Virus record (IMG/VR): IMGVR_UViG_3300045988_143943
Length of the DNA: 40,879 nt
From: a virus
Reading direction: 5' to 3' (one strand)
The notes below the pieces were generated by a model. That model did not search any database and was not told where the DNA came from. It saw nothing but the letters and a program-made list of their open reading frames with translations. Positions 8,534 to 18,292 of this stretch are shown here, one piece after another (position 1 is the stretch's first letter; each line of letters begins with the position of its first letter). The position numbers and the translations under genes are program-made.

Positions 8534-9292
8534 ATGGAATTTATGGAATATAGAGATCCAATAATTTTGTACTTAGACGATAAACCTAGTACAGATTACG
8601 GAATAAAGGTGTATGAAAGTAATATCCTTTCTGCGCCTTCTAAAAGGTTAGAGTTTATTGAAATAGAAGGAAGAGACGGAGCATTAACAGTAGACAATGG
8701 ATATGAAGATTTTATACTAAAACTAAGTTGTGTGCTAGTAAATGAACATGATGAAATTGAAACTACTCCAGCATTAGCAAGGAGAGCAAAGAAATTTCTT
8801 CTTAATGGAACAAATAGAAAAATACAATTAAGTGAGGATATGGATTACTATCTGTTAGGGACTTACAATTCTGATATTGACATAGAAGAAGCAATTGAAA
8901 ACTTTGGATTGTTTCAGGCACAATTTAGATGTAAACCTTATAGATTTTCAAATAAAAGCAAAACAGTAGAAATAACTACTAAAAATACTATAATAAAAAA
9001 TGATGAATATAAAACTAAGCCTGTTATTGATGTGTATGCGACAGGGGATATAACTATTAATATAAATAATCAAGAAATAATTTTAAAAGCCTTAGAAGGG
9101 CATATAAAACTTGACTGTGATTTAATGAATGCAACTACTGTTAATTCGCTTGGAAAAACAGTAAATGCAAATCATAAAATGTATAGTGATTTTCCGATAT
9201 TAGAAGAAGGTAATAATAATATAACCTGGTCGTTGGGAACAGGTGCTAGTTTTACTAAAATAAAAATAGATTATAGAATGGCGGTGATATAG
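8534..9292 (+). CDS. Distal tail protein (Dit)
   Basis: 252 aa, directly after the tape measure gene. Siphovirus tail-family layout. Confidence 0.7.
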   Translation: MEFMEYRDPIILYLDDKPSTDYGIKVYESNILSAPSKRLEFIEIEGRDGALTVDNGYEDFILKLSCVLVNEHDEIETTPALARRAKKFLLNGTNRKIQLSEDMDYYLLGTYNSDIDIEEAIENFGLFQAQFRCKPYRFSNKSKTVEITTKNTIIKNDEYKTKPVIDVYATGDITININNQEIILKALEGHIKLDCDLMNATTVNSLGKTVNANHKMYSDFPILEEGNNNITWSLGTGASFTKIKIDYRMAVI

Positions 9293-12200
9293 TGATACCA
9301 AGAATTTATGATAATAGTTTTACAACGTATGAAAGCAATGGATTAGGTTTATTGGTAGATGCTATATCTTGCCAAGTTGAAGAAGAATCAAACGGGGATT
9401 TTGAGTTAACACTTGTATATCCTTCCGATGGTTCTTTTTTTTATGCATTAAAACAAGATAATCTTATAAAAGCCGATGCATCTGACAGTCTAAAAGGACA
9501 ACTTTTTAGGATAGATACTATAAGTAAACCTTTAGACGGGCAAGTAACAGTATATGCAAAACATATTTCATTTGATTTAGCTAAAAACTCTTTAAACGAA
9601 GATATAAACGAAAGAAATATAAATTGTGAAAATGCTGGTAAACATATGCTACAGAGTTCTGATGCAGATAGTAGATTTACAATAGAAAGTAATATAGAAA
9701 TGCTAGGTAACTATAGCATGGATAGAAAAACAGATTGCTTATCTGCTATAGCTGGAACAAGAGGTTCTCTTATAGATACATTCGGTAATGGTCCTAAGCT
9801 TCTTAGAGATAACTTTACAATATCCGTACTTAATAGAAGGGGTAAAGATGATAACACTCTTATAGCTTATAAGAAGAACATTACAGGATTTACATTAGAA
9901 GAGGATTACTCAGAAATAATTAATGTTATAAAACCTTATGCTACTTATACAGAAGATGAAGTTGAAAAGACTCTATATATTGATGAAATAGGAGTAAAAT
10001 CATCTAGATATGTAGAAGGTGATATAGTAAAAAGTCAATGGATAGATTTTTCTGATAAATTTGACAAAGATGAAGCCCCAACAAAAGAAAAATTAAAAAA
10101 TCTAGCTGAAAAATATTTCAACGATAATAGCTGCGACCTTCCTAAAATGACTTATAAAATAGAATTTCAACCACTTAGTCAAACTGAGGAATATAAGGAA
10201 GATGGATTATATGAGTTAGAGCATATAGGTATGGATGATAGTGTATATATAGTTAACGGTAAATACGGAATAAGAGACCAGGCGAGAGTAATTAAAACAA
10301 CTTATAATGTATTAGCAGAAAAATATATATCTATAGAATTAGGTGATCCAAAGACAACATTAGGAAGTATTATAAATAAATCTAATGATGATACTGTGAC
10401 AAAAGATGAAGTAAAAGAGATTATAAAAAATAATAAAAAAGATTATCCTAATACATTGCCAGCAATACCCGTTATAACTATAGATAGAGCTGGATTTAAG
10501 ACAGTTTCTCTTAGTTGGGAGTATGACAATAAGCCTTATTATTCTTATGAGGTATATGCAAGCCAAGAGCAAGGATTTACACCTAATGCTTTCGACTTAA
10601 TTTTTAAAGGTCAAGCAAGTGCATTTTTACACGAAGTTGAATGCGCACAAACTTGGTATTACAAAGTAAGAGCTGTAAATACTTATGGTAATTCAACTGA
10701 TTTTTCAGAAGAAGTTAGTGCGACAACTACAAAAATAAGTGATGCTGCAGAATATTTTCAAGAAGCTGCAATAGAAAGTGCTTTGATAGGTTCACTTAAT
10801 GCAGACAAAATAAATGCAGGTAAAGTCAAGGGGACTTATATAGATGCTAGAAACCTTACTGTGGAAGATGGAAACGGAAATGTAACTTTTTCAGTAAGTA
10901 GTGATGCGATTGTAAGAATGATACAAGGACTTATAGATATTTCAGATGAAGGGATAAGAATTAACTTACAAGATAGTGAGAGTAACATTGTAGGTTATGT
11001 TATCTATGATGGTCAAGGTGTTCAAATATTTACAAATAATGACGAGCCTATAAGTTCATTTCATAGAGAGGGAGCTTATACAGAAAAATTAGTTACTGAC
11101 AAGTTGATATGTTCTCAAGTTGTACAAATAGCTGATTTTAATGGATGTCCTCTTGATTGGTACATAGCACCAACTGCTACTGGAGAAGGGACAGGTAAAG
11201 ATGAAAATAATAAGGCAAACTCTTTAAAAGATGTATTAAGGCATATAAAACAATATGGATATAAATTTAATAATGTAATTACTATTCATATAGAAGAAAA
11301 TTGTATATTGAACGAAGATGTAGTTATACAAGACTTTATGGGAACGTTATTTAAAATAGTATTAGGAAAAAATGTTGTCATAAATTGTAAAAAATTTAAA
11401 GTAGAAGATTTGCTTAGTAGAATGACAATAGAATATGATGCTGATAAAAGATTAGTAGCTGGAGAAATAACTCAAACAGATTATAATAATTATCCAATTA
11501 TAAATTTAGTTGATTCTTCTTTAGAAAATTATGTATTTTCAGCATCTAATGTAAATTATGTCGAAATAAAAGGAATAAGATTTCATGGAGTAGAGGGTAC
11601 TACAGGAATTGGTTCATTTGCTGCTTCTAATATAGTTATAGATAATTGTGACTTTTCAGGAGTAGATAAATGTGTAGTTGCTGATGGGCAAAGTAAAGTT
11701 TCACTGGGGTGGAGTTCTGGAAATGTTGAAAAAATTGCAAGTGTATATAATGGTAGTATATTTACTTCAAGTAGAATAATACCAAAATATTCAGATAATG
11801 AAATGGTATATGTTTCAGAAAATGCTATATTTATACCTAATACAAACGGTTACACTCAATTTGATACATTATATACTCCTACAACAACATCTACAAGTAC
11901 AAATATAACAGATAATATTTGTATAGATACTGCTAACTTATATACATTAGTAGAGGGTGAAGGCGAAGAGGATGAACAAACCGTACCAAGAAAAGGATAT
12001 ACAGGGCAGGGCAAATATAAAGAAAACTCAAAATCACATAGAGGGTATATCAAATTACCTGTAAGTGTAATCAAAGATGTATTATCAAATAAAAAAGAAT
12101 ACAATGTAAAACTTAGAATGACAAGACTCAATACGGAACATGGTTACAATAGTAAAACACCACATCCGATTATTAGAGCGGTAGGTGGAAGTAGCGGAAC

Positions 12201-14100
12201 AACAGATTATTGGGACAGTAATATTAAATTTGCTAGAGGAGAAACACAAGATATAACATTGCCTGCATCAATAGTACAAGCTATAGAAAAAGGAGCTACT
12301 TCATTAGAATTATTCGTAAATAGCAATCAATTAGAACAGTATTCTTTCTATGGAGATGTAAGCCTTATAGTAGAAGGTACAAATAGTAATCCTGGAGAGG
12401 AAGATAAACCAAGTGGTCCAGTAGGTACAGGTGAAACTGCTTATAATGCAACTGGTACAACAACAGCTAATCTTAATGTGAGAAAAGGAGCTGGTGTAAA
12501 CTATGGAATAATTACAACTCTACCACAAGGAACAACAGTTACAATAGTTGCCAAAGACAATGCCACAGGTTGGTACAAAATAAGTTACAATGGAGCTTAT
12601 GGTTATGTTTCAAATAAATATATCACTATAACATCAACAGGGACAACAATAGATCCTACAATTATTCAAGATTTCCCATATGCAGATGAAATGGTAGAAG
12701 TTGGACTAACATATTGGAGAGTGTGTGACAATGAATATACACAAGGTCAATCATGGTCACAAGGTTTTACCTATAGAAGTGCAAATACTCCACTTAGTGG
12801 TAGCTGTACAGCTGACCAAGACGTTGCCGATTCATTATGGGTAGCAGTTACTAGAAGTGGAAAGACAAGACATTATAAAGCAATAGATTGTAGTACATTC
12901 TCAGGCATGATGACAAAAGGACTTGAATATGCGAATGGTCCATATGCCAATAAAACAAACTTTACTAATTTCCGTAAAGATAAATTGCAGAAAAGTAGTA
13001 AGAGTTGGGCATTTAACATGGTCAAAGCAGATGGTACATGGGCAAGAGAAGCAGCAGCTCAATGTGAGTATTTCGATAGAGTCGGCCTTGGAATTGTATA
13101 TTACAGAAATGTAGATACAGGAAAAACTTACGGAAGCAAAGGCTCAACTGATGATAATTTCTCACCAATAAAAAAAGGGGACTTAATATTCTATTCTAAA
13201 AAAGACTCTAGCGGAAATTGGAAACAACCTAATAGATATATGAAGGTTTCTCATGTAGCAGTATGTTATGGAGATAATTCTAGTGGTAAAAAGTCAGTTA
13301 TAGAATCTACAAACGGAACTATGACAAAGAATCACACGTTTGATGACGGAACAACAATTAATGCCGGTATAAGAATAGTTTCTATAGCAGGTAATTCGGG
13401 ATATGCTGACGATATTGTAATGATAGTAAGACCTCAACCTACCCATTATGACGGAACATTACCAGGAGGTGGAACAGAAAGTGGTGGTACTGGTGGAGGT
13501 ACAACAGGCGATGGAGTAACAGATGCTGGTACAACTGAATATACAAATTGTGTTTCAGAACAAGGTACAATAGACGGCAATAAATATGTATATAAATTAA
13601 AAACTTGTAAAATAACAGCTTATGGTGGAGACAGTGGAAGTGCTTGTAATATACCATTGAATTTGGGTAAAACTTGTGGTTCGTTCAATTTACCATTCGG
13701 AACAAAAATCTACATTCCAAGCCTTAAAGGTAAAAGTATTACAGACGGAAATGGAAAAACAGTAACTTGCGATGGTATATTTACAGTAAATGACACAGGT
13801 GTAGGCGGAACAGACTTTGACCTTTACATGAGTACTAAGTCAGATACAAATGCAGAAAGTGTATTTGGAAATACAAGAAGAGAAGATGTTTACATATTAA
13901 GTTATGGCAGTGGCTACGGGTATGCTTGGTCATACACACAAAGTTATAAATGGGCTTACAATAATGGAACTTTAAGCGCTTATAAAGTGGCTTTCAAAGA
14001 CTACATAAAATATGGAGGTACGTTAATAAACTTCCTTAAATTCAAAAATGATGATGCAAATATAAGAAGCTCAACTTATTGGAGCATATTAAACAGTTAA
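9292..14100 (+). CDS. Tail-associated lysin (Tal) / tail tip protein with multiple peptidoglycan hydrolase domains
   Basis: 1602 aa, GTG start overlapping the Dit stop. N-terminal prophage-tail endopeptidase-like region. FN3-like segment approx 10450-10730. Beta-helix-like segment approx 11500-11750. SH3b-like segment approx 12440-12640 (NLNVRKGAGVNYGIITTL..WYKISYNGAYGYV). NlpC/P60-like motifs approx 12880-13320 (AIDCSTFSG, GDLIFY, HVAVCYG). 3D/RlpA-like domain approx 13600-13830 (ITAYGGDSGS..FGTKIYIP..VNDTGVGGTDFDLYM). Confidence 0.8.
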   Translation: MIPRIYDNSFTTYESNGLGLLVDAISCQVEEESNGDFELTLVYPSDGSFFYALKQDNLIKADASDSLKGQLFRIDTISKPLDGQVTVYAKHISFDLAKNSLNEDINERNINCENAGKHMLQSSDADSRFTIESNIEMLGNYSMDRKTDCLSAIAGTRGSLIDTFGNGPKLLRDNFTISVLNRRGKDDNTLIAYKKNITGFTLEEDYSEIINVIKPYATYTEDEVEKTLYIDEIGVKSSRYVEGDIVKSQWIDFSDKFDKDEAPTKEKLKNLAEKYFNDNSCDLPKMTYKIEFQPLSQTEEYKEDGLYELEHIGMDDSVYIVNGKYGIRDQARVIKTTYNVLAEKYISIELGDPKTTLGSIINKSNDDTVTKDEVKEIIKNNKKDYPNTLPAIPVITIDRAGFKTVSLSWEYDNKPYYSYEVYASQEQGFTPNAFDLIFKGQASAFLHEVECAQTWYYKVRAVNTYGNSTDFSEEVSATTTKISDAAEYFQEAAIESALIGSLNADKINAGKVKGTYIDARNLTVEDGNGNVTFSVSSDAIVRMIQGLIDISDEGIRINLQDSESNIVGYVIYDGQGVQIFTNNDEPISSFHREGAYTEKLVTDKLICSQVVQIADFNGCPLDWYIAPTATGEGTGKDENNKANSLKDVLRHIKQYGYKFNNVITIHIEENCILNEDVVIQDFMGTLFKIVLGKNVVINCKKFKVEDLLSRMTIEYDADKRLVAGEITQTDYNNYPIINLVDSSLENYVFSASNVNYVEIKGIRFHGVEGTTGIGSFAASNIVIDNCDFSGVDKCVVADGQSKVSLGWSSGNVEKIASVYNGSIFTSSRIIPKYSDNEMVYVSENAIFIPNTNGYTQFDTLYTPTTTSTSTNITDNICIDTANLYTLVEGEGEEDEQTVPRKGYTGQGKYKENSKSHRGYIKLPVSVIKDVLSNKKEYNVKLRMTRLNTEHGYNSKTPHPIIRAVGGSSGTTDYWDSNIKFARGETQDITLPASIVQAIEKGATSLELFVNSNQLEQYSFYGDVSLIVEGTNSNPGEEDKPSGPVGTGETAYNATGTTTANLNVRKGAGVNYGIITTLPQGTTVTIVAKDNATGWYKISYNGAYGYVSNKYITITSTGTTIDPTIIQDFPYADEMVEVGLTYWRVCDNEYTQGQSWSQGFTYRSANTPLSGSCTADQDVADSLWVAVTRSGKTRHYKAIDCSTFSGMMTKGLEYANGPYANKTNFTNFRKDKLQKSSKSWAFNMVKADGTWAREAAAQCEYFDRVGLGIVYYRNVDTGKTYGSKGSTDDNFSPIKKGDLIFYSKKDSSGNWKQPNRYMKVSHVAVCYGDNSSGKKSVIESTNGTMTKNHTFDDGTTINAGIRIVSIAGNSGYADDIVMIVRPQPTHYDGTLPGGGTESGGTGGGTTGDGVTDAGTTEYTNCVSEQGTIDGNKYVYKLKTCKITAYGGDSGSACNIPLNLGKTCGSFNLPFGTKIYIPSLKGKSITDGNGKTVTCDGIFTVNDTGVGGTDFDLYMSTKSDTNAESVFGNTRREDVYILSYGSGYGYAWSYTQSYKWAYNNGTLSAYKVAFKDYIKYGGTLINFLKFKNDDANIRSSTYWSILNS

Positions 14101-14113
14101 TAGGAGGTGTATT

Positions 14114-16801
14114 ATGAGAGATTATGATATAGAGAGTGATTTAAAGCAGGAAAAATTTCAACATCTAAAATTAGTTCAAGGTGATAGAGGGAATAAAATA
14201 AAAATAAATGTGTATGAAGATGGGCAACCAGTAAATCTAACTGGTTGCTCTATTACTGCTAAATACAAAAGAGCAGATGGACAAATAATAAATGGATCCG
14301 TAACAAATATATCTAATAATTCATTTGATGCCGTAATAGATAGTGATATAACAAAAGTAGTAGGAACTTTAAAAATGCTATTCTCCATAGAAAAAGACGA
14401 TGTAAAAGTAAGTACATTCTTATTATTAGCAGATGTAAGAGAAGGATTATTAGAAAATACAGGAAGCTCAGGAGGAAGTACAGGAGGTGGAGAAGTGACA
14501 GTAGATCTTAGCAATTATTATAAAAAAAATGAGACTTATTCAAAAGCACAGATTGATTCGCAATTTAAAGATATTGCGAAAAAAACTATAGTTGAAGGAA
14601 ATAAAATATATTTAGCAAAAAACGATGGAACTAAACTAGATGAAGGAACTGATTTACCTACTTCTAGTGGTTCTAGTGAAGCAGATGGTATAACTATAAA
14701 AGATACAAATAATAATTTTACTGCTACAAACGTAGAAGGGGCATTATCAGAGCTTTTTCAAAATGTCAGTAATGGGAAACAGTTAATCGCTACAGCTATT
14801 ACTGACAAAGGCGTTGCTACAAGTAGCGATGATACTTTTCAAATTATAGCAGCTAATATAAGAGGAATCCCAAATCAAGGAGGAGGAATAACTCCAACAG
14901 GGACAATAAATATAACTGCAAATGGAACTATTGATGTAACCAATTATGCAAATGCTGTTATAAATGTAGAAGGAACAGGAAGTACAATAATTACAACAAA
15001 TAAAAATACACTTAATAAAAGAGGAAATAAAAAATTATCTTTTGGAGTCATATCTGATATTCATATTACAACAGACACCACAAATGGTGCTAATGTTAAA
15101 TTTGCAAACGCCTTAAACTTTTTTAAAACTCAATCTTGTAATTTTGTTGCTTTTTGTGGAGATATAGCAAATTATGATAAAGCAAATGAATTTAATACTT
15201 ATGCATCTATGATAGCTGATTATACATTGCCCATATATGAAGTTATGGGGAATCATGATGCTGGAACAGGAACATCGACAACAGAAGATGAATGGACAAC
15301 CCTTACAGGTAATGGATTTCGTTTTGAAATAGTTAATAATGATGAAGTTTTCTTATTCTTATCTCAAAGAAAATGGTCGGATTATTCAACAGCTGAAAAT
15401 AATAGAATGCTAACAACAGAAGATAAAGATTGGTTGTTAAGCAAATTGGAAAGTTATAAAAATAAAGCAAGGGTATTTTTATTTCATCATGAATATTTAG
15501 ATGATTGTGAAGGATTTGCTTATAAAAATGGAACTCAAAGTAATACACTTATAAAAAATGATAAGGATTGGTGGACTAATATAGCTAAAACATATAAAAA
15601 TGTAACTTGGTTTAGTGGCCATTCTCATACTAAATTTGATGCACAAACAGATTATCCTAATAATACAGTCTATAATAAAAATGGGGAATATTGTAATATG
15701 ATTCATATTCCTTCACTAACATATGGACAATATTATATCGTTACTGTATATGATGGAATATTTGAAGTACAAGGTTATCAAGATGGCACAAAGGTAGATA
15801 GTGCATATTACATAATAGGTAATTATAATATTTCAAATTCAAGCGCAGAAGATAAAGAAACTTATACTATAACAAATAATCTTACTAATGTTACTAATAG
15901 TAATTTATACTTATCTATTGAAGAAGGAAATGCTTATACTGGAACATTAACCGCTACAGAAGGATATGTAATGACAAATGTAACAATAACTATGGGTGGA
16001 AATGATATAACTTCTACTGCTTACAATGGAGGGAATATTAATATAGAAAGTGTAACTGGAAACATTGTTATAACAGCAAGTGCAGAAGAAATTACTACAC
16101 CTCAATATACAATAACTAATAACTTGTCAAATGCTACTACATCAAATAATGCTACTTCTGTTAATGAAAATACTTCTTATTCTGCGACAATAAGTGCAAA
16201 TAAGAACTATGAATTAGACAGTATAACAGTAACAATGGGAGGAATTGATATAACAAGCACATCAGTTAGTGGAAATACTATATCTATATCTAATGTGACA
16301 GGCAATATAGTAATAACAGTTACTACAAAAGTTCAATTAACCAAAACAGTAGCTTATAGCAAAGCAAGTCAAACATTTAATTTTACGAGTTCGCTAAAAG
16401 CTATACAAATAGATACTGGTACTCAAGCAACGACTTCAACTTTTACAGAATTACCTATAGCATTAGAGCAAGGTAAAAAATATTATATTAGATGTGAAAG
16501 TTTAAAATATGCTGATGGTACGGATGTAAATATAGCAAGTGATAAAATTTATGTGACTGGTATACCATACAACGGAAGCACACAAGTAAAAAATAAAATG
16601 GTTAAAGACTATAGTAATATAGTAGGAACAGATGTATTAATGACTCAAGATACAGGTGCAATAATAACAAGTGATTCACAGGTTACTAGAATAGCTCAAT
16701 TAATGTTAAAATTATCAAGTAGTTCTCCTAAAGTTTCAAGTTTGCCATTTTCTGTTACTATGACTGGATTTGAAATATTTACTTATGGAGAAAGTTGTTA
16801 G
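14114..16801 (+). CDS. Receptor-binding / baseplate upper protein with embedded metallophosphoesterase domain and two Ig-like repeats
   Basis: 895 aa with a BppU-like N-terminus (LVQGDRGNKIKINVYEDGQPVNLTG). All five calcineurin-like phosphoesterase motifs lie within approx 15029-15730: GVISDIH, CGDIANYD, VMGNHD, FLFHHE, SGHSHT. Two ~78-aa repeats lie at approx 15860-16095 and 16100-16330 (TYTITNNLTNVT.. / QYTITNNLSNAT..). Confidence 0.75.
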   Translation: MRDYDIESDLKQEKFQHLKLVQGDRGNKIKINVYEDGQPVNLTGCSITAKYKRADGQIINGSVTNISNNSFDAVIDSDITKVVGTLKMLFSIEKDDVKVSTFLLLADVREGLLENTGSSGGSTGGGEVTVDLSNYYKKNETYSKAQIDSQFKDIAKKTIVEGNKIYLAKNDGTKLDEGTDLPTSSGSSEADGITIKDTNNNFTATNVEGALSELFQNVSNGKQLIATAITDKGVATSSDDTFQIIAANIRGIPNQGGGITPTGTINITANGTIDVTNYANAVINVEGTGSTIITTNKNTLNKRGNKKLSFGVISDIHITTDTTNGANVKFANALNFFKTQSCNFVAFCGDIANYDKANEFNTYASMIADYTLPIYEVMGNHDAGTGTSTTEDEWTTLTGNGFRFEIVNNDEVFLFLSQRKWSDYSTAENNRMLTTEDKDWLLSKLESYKNKARVFLFHHEYLDDCEGFAYKNGTQSNTLIKNDKDWWTNIAKTYKNVTWFSGHSHTKFDAQTDYPNNTVYNKNGEYCNMIHIPSLTYGQYYIVTVYDGIFEVQGYQDGTKVDSAYYIIGNYNISNSSAEDKETYTITNNLTNVTNSNLYLSIEEGNAYTGTLTATEGYVMTNVTITMGGNDITSTAYNGGNINIESVTGNIVITASAEEITTPQYTITNNLSNATTSNNATSVNENTSYSATISANKNYELDSITVTMGGIDITSTSVSGNTISISNVTGNIVITVTTKVQLTKTVAYSKASQTFNFTSSLKAIQIDTGTQATTSTFTELPIALEQGKKYYIRCESLKYADGTDVNIASDKIYVTGIPYNGSTQVKNKMVKDYSNIVGTDVLMTQDTGAIITSDSQVTRIAQLMLKLSSSSPKVSSLPFSVTMTGFEIFTYGESC

Positions 16802-16833
16802 TTCGCAATATAAAAAGTAGGTGATTATTAAAA

Positions 16834-16989
16834 ATGTTTAAATTTATCAAAAATATAATTGAATCTTTAATAGGGGATTGTGATAGTTGTAAACATAAAG
16901 AAAATTGTCCTTACTTAGAAGAAGGAAAAGGAAGTTGTTTTGAAATAAGTGGTTTCGAACCTCATTATGAAAAAAAGGAGAATTATTAA
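16834..16989 (+). CDS. Small Cys-rich protein (51 aa, CxxC...C...C)
   Basis: ATG with RBS AGGTGA. Encodes MFKFIKNIIESLIGDCDSCKHKENCPYLEEGKGSCFEISGFEPHYEKKENY. Not in the ORF track because it is under 60 aa. Confidence 0.45.
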   Translation: MFKFIKNIIESLIGDCDSCKHKENCPYLEEGKGSCFEISGFEPHYEKKENY

Positions 16990-16990
16990 T

Positions 16991-17344
16991 ATGGATACAT
17001 TGAAAACAGTCGTACTAGACTTTGATGGAGTAATCCACTCTTATATTAGTGGATGGCAAGGATTGGAAAATATACCTGACCCACCTTGCAAAGGAATAAA
17101 AGAGGCTATTGATGAAATTAGACAAAAATATAAAGTGGTAGTTGTATCGAGTAGAACATCTACACAAAAAGGTATAAAGGCTATAGAAGATTATTTACGT
17201 AAATATAACATAGTAGTTGATGAAATATCAGATACAAAACCACCAGCTATAGTATATGTTGATGATAGAGCTATTTCTTTTTCTAATGATGCTAATACTT
17301 TATTAGAAAGAATAGGAAACTTCAAACCTTGGCAAGAAATATAA
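16991..17344 (+). CDS. Small HAD-superfamily phosphatase-like protein
   Basis: ATG 16991 with RBS AAGGAG is preferred over the track GTG at 16949. HAD motif I is LDFDGVIH, motif II is VVSSR, and a late K...VYVDDR is also present. 117 aa. Confidence 0.65.
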   Translation: MDTLKTVVLDFDGVIHSYISGWQGLENIPDPPCKGIKEAIDEIRQKYKVVVVSSRTSTQKGIKAIEDYLRKYNIVVDEISDTKPPAIVYVDDRAISFSNDANTLLERIGNFKPWQEI

Positions 17345-17352
17345 AAATATTT

Positions 17353-17388
17353 AGTTCGCAATTTAAAAATATTGCGAACTTATTTTTT
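17353..17388 (+). terminator. Rho-independent terminator
   Basis: AGTTCGCAAT (17353-17362), loop TTAAAAAT, ATTGCGAACT (17371-17380), then a T-run at 17383-17388. Confidence 0.8.
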
Positions 17389-17405
17389 AGAAAGAAGGTG
17401 ATAAA

Positions 17406-17567
17406 ATGGAGACACAAAGGTGTGAAAAATGTGGAAAGAAAATACTTAAAAATGATGCTTACTATAAATTGTTAGAAATGAAAAATAAACAATATGAAGG
17501 GATAAAAATTAAGGAATTTTGTCCTTATTGTAGAAGTATTACAACTGATAAAAATAAAGTTAAATAA
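17406..17567 (+). CDS. Small zinc-ribbon protein (53 aa, CxxC...CxxC)
   Basis: ATG with RBS GAAGGTGA. Encodes METQRCEKCGKK...FCPYCRSITTDKNKVK. Confidence 0.5.
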   Translation: METQRCEKCGKKILKNDAYYKLLEMKNKQYEGIKIKEFCPYCRSITTDKNKVK

Positions 17568-17709
17568 ATAAGATCATAGAGCAGTTAAAAATGGTATTTA
17601 AATCATTTTATAGTATAATAACTGTAAGGGGGTGAAAAAGATGTAAAATGCGAGAATACAAAAAATAAAAACAACTATATAATTAAAAAACCTAAATCTA
17701 TTTTAAAAA

Positions 17710-17735
17710 GGACTGTAGCGGTACAGTCCTTTTTT
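17710..17735 (+). terminator. Rho-independent terminator upstream of the lysis cassette
   Basis: GGACTGTA (17710-17717), loop GCGG, TACAGTCC (17722-17729), then TTTTTT. Confidence 0.75.
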
Positions 17736-17756
17736 ATTTACAGAAAGGAGTTTTGC

Positions 17757-17990
17757 ATGAATGATGAATGGTTAAAAGACACACTAAAGAGACACGATGA
17801 AAGGCTGCAAAGACATTCTGAAAGAATAGACAAACTAGAAAATACACAGTCTGAAATGGCAGTAAAAATAGAAAATCTATGCAATACCATAGACAAATTA
17901 GCAAGTAACTTAAACAAACTAACTTATGCAATTATAACAGCATTGGTTAGTTTTTTCTTTTATGCAATACAAAATAATTTATTTAATTAA
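17757..17990 (+). CDS. xhlA: XhlA-like lysis accessory protein (coiled coil plus C-terminal TM)
   Basis: 77 aa with an N-terminal heptad-like charged region and a C-terminal hydrophobic segment (LTYAIITALVSFFFYAI). Directly precedes the holin and amidase, as in PBSX-type cassettes. Confidence 0.6.
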   Translation: MNDEWLKDTLKRHDERLQRHSERIDKLENTQSEMAVKIENLCNTIDKLASNLNKLTYAIITALVSFFFYAIQNNLFN

Positions 17991-18002
17991 TAGGAGGTAG
18001 TT

Positions 18003-18260
18003 ATGTTTGATTTAAATTTATTAGGTAGCTATTTAGTTTTAGTAGTAGTAGGTATTTGTGTATGTGTAGGATATGTTATAAAAACAAGTTTTAGTTTTAT
18101 AGATAATAAATACATACCTTGCATCATGGCACTTTTAGGATGCGCTTTAAACATATGGATAGCTGGATATGTAAGTCCAGAAGTTATACTTGGTGGATTA
18201 TTTTCAGGACTTGCTTCTGTAGGCTTACATCAAGCTTTTAAGAACTTGATAGAAAAATAG
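18003..18260 (+). CDS. Holin
   Basis: 85 aa with 2-3 predicted TM segments and a charged C-terminus. RBS GGAGG. Lies between xhlA and the endolysin. Confidence 0.75.
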   Translation: MFDLNLLGSYLVLVVVGICVCVGYVIKTSFSFIDNKYIPCIMALLGCALNIWIAGYVSPEVILGGLFSGLASVGLHQAFKNLIEK

Positions 18261-18292
18261 ATAATAAATACTTTACAAGGTAACTGTAAGGT

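Noticed and set aside
10360-15706. Short ORFs nested in Tal and the receptor-binding gene (10360-10572, 11856-12131, 12923-13114, 13439-13657, 14176-14514, 15333-15548, 15497-15706)
   Set aside because: They are embedded in or antisense to long ORFs with recognisable domains, with no start signals. They are composition artefacts.
16949-16990. Upstream alternative starts given in the track (GTG 16949, TTG 23918, GTG 27292, TTG 28229, 35834)
   Set aside because: In each case an in-frame ATG a few codons downstream has a properly spaced GGAGG-type RBS (16991, 23936, 27301, 28235, 35843), and the extended N-termini overlap upstream genes or lack an SD.
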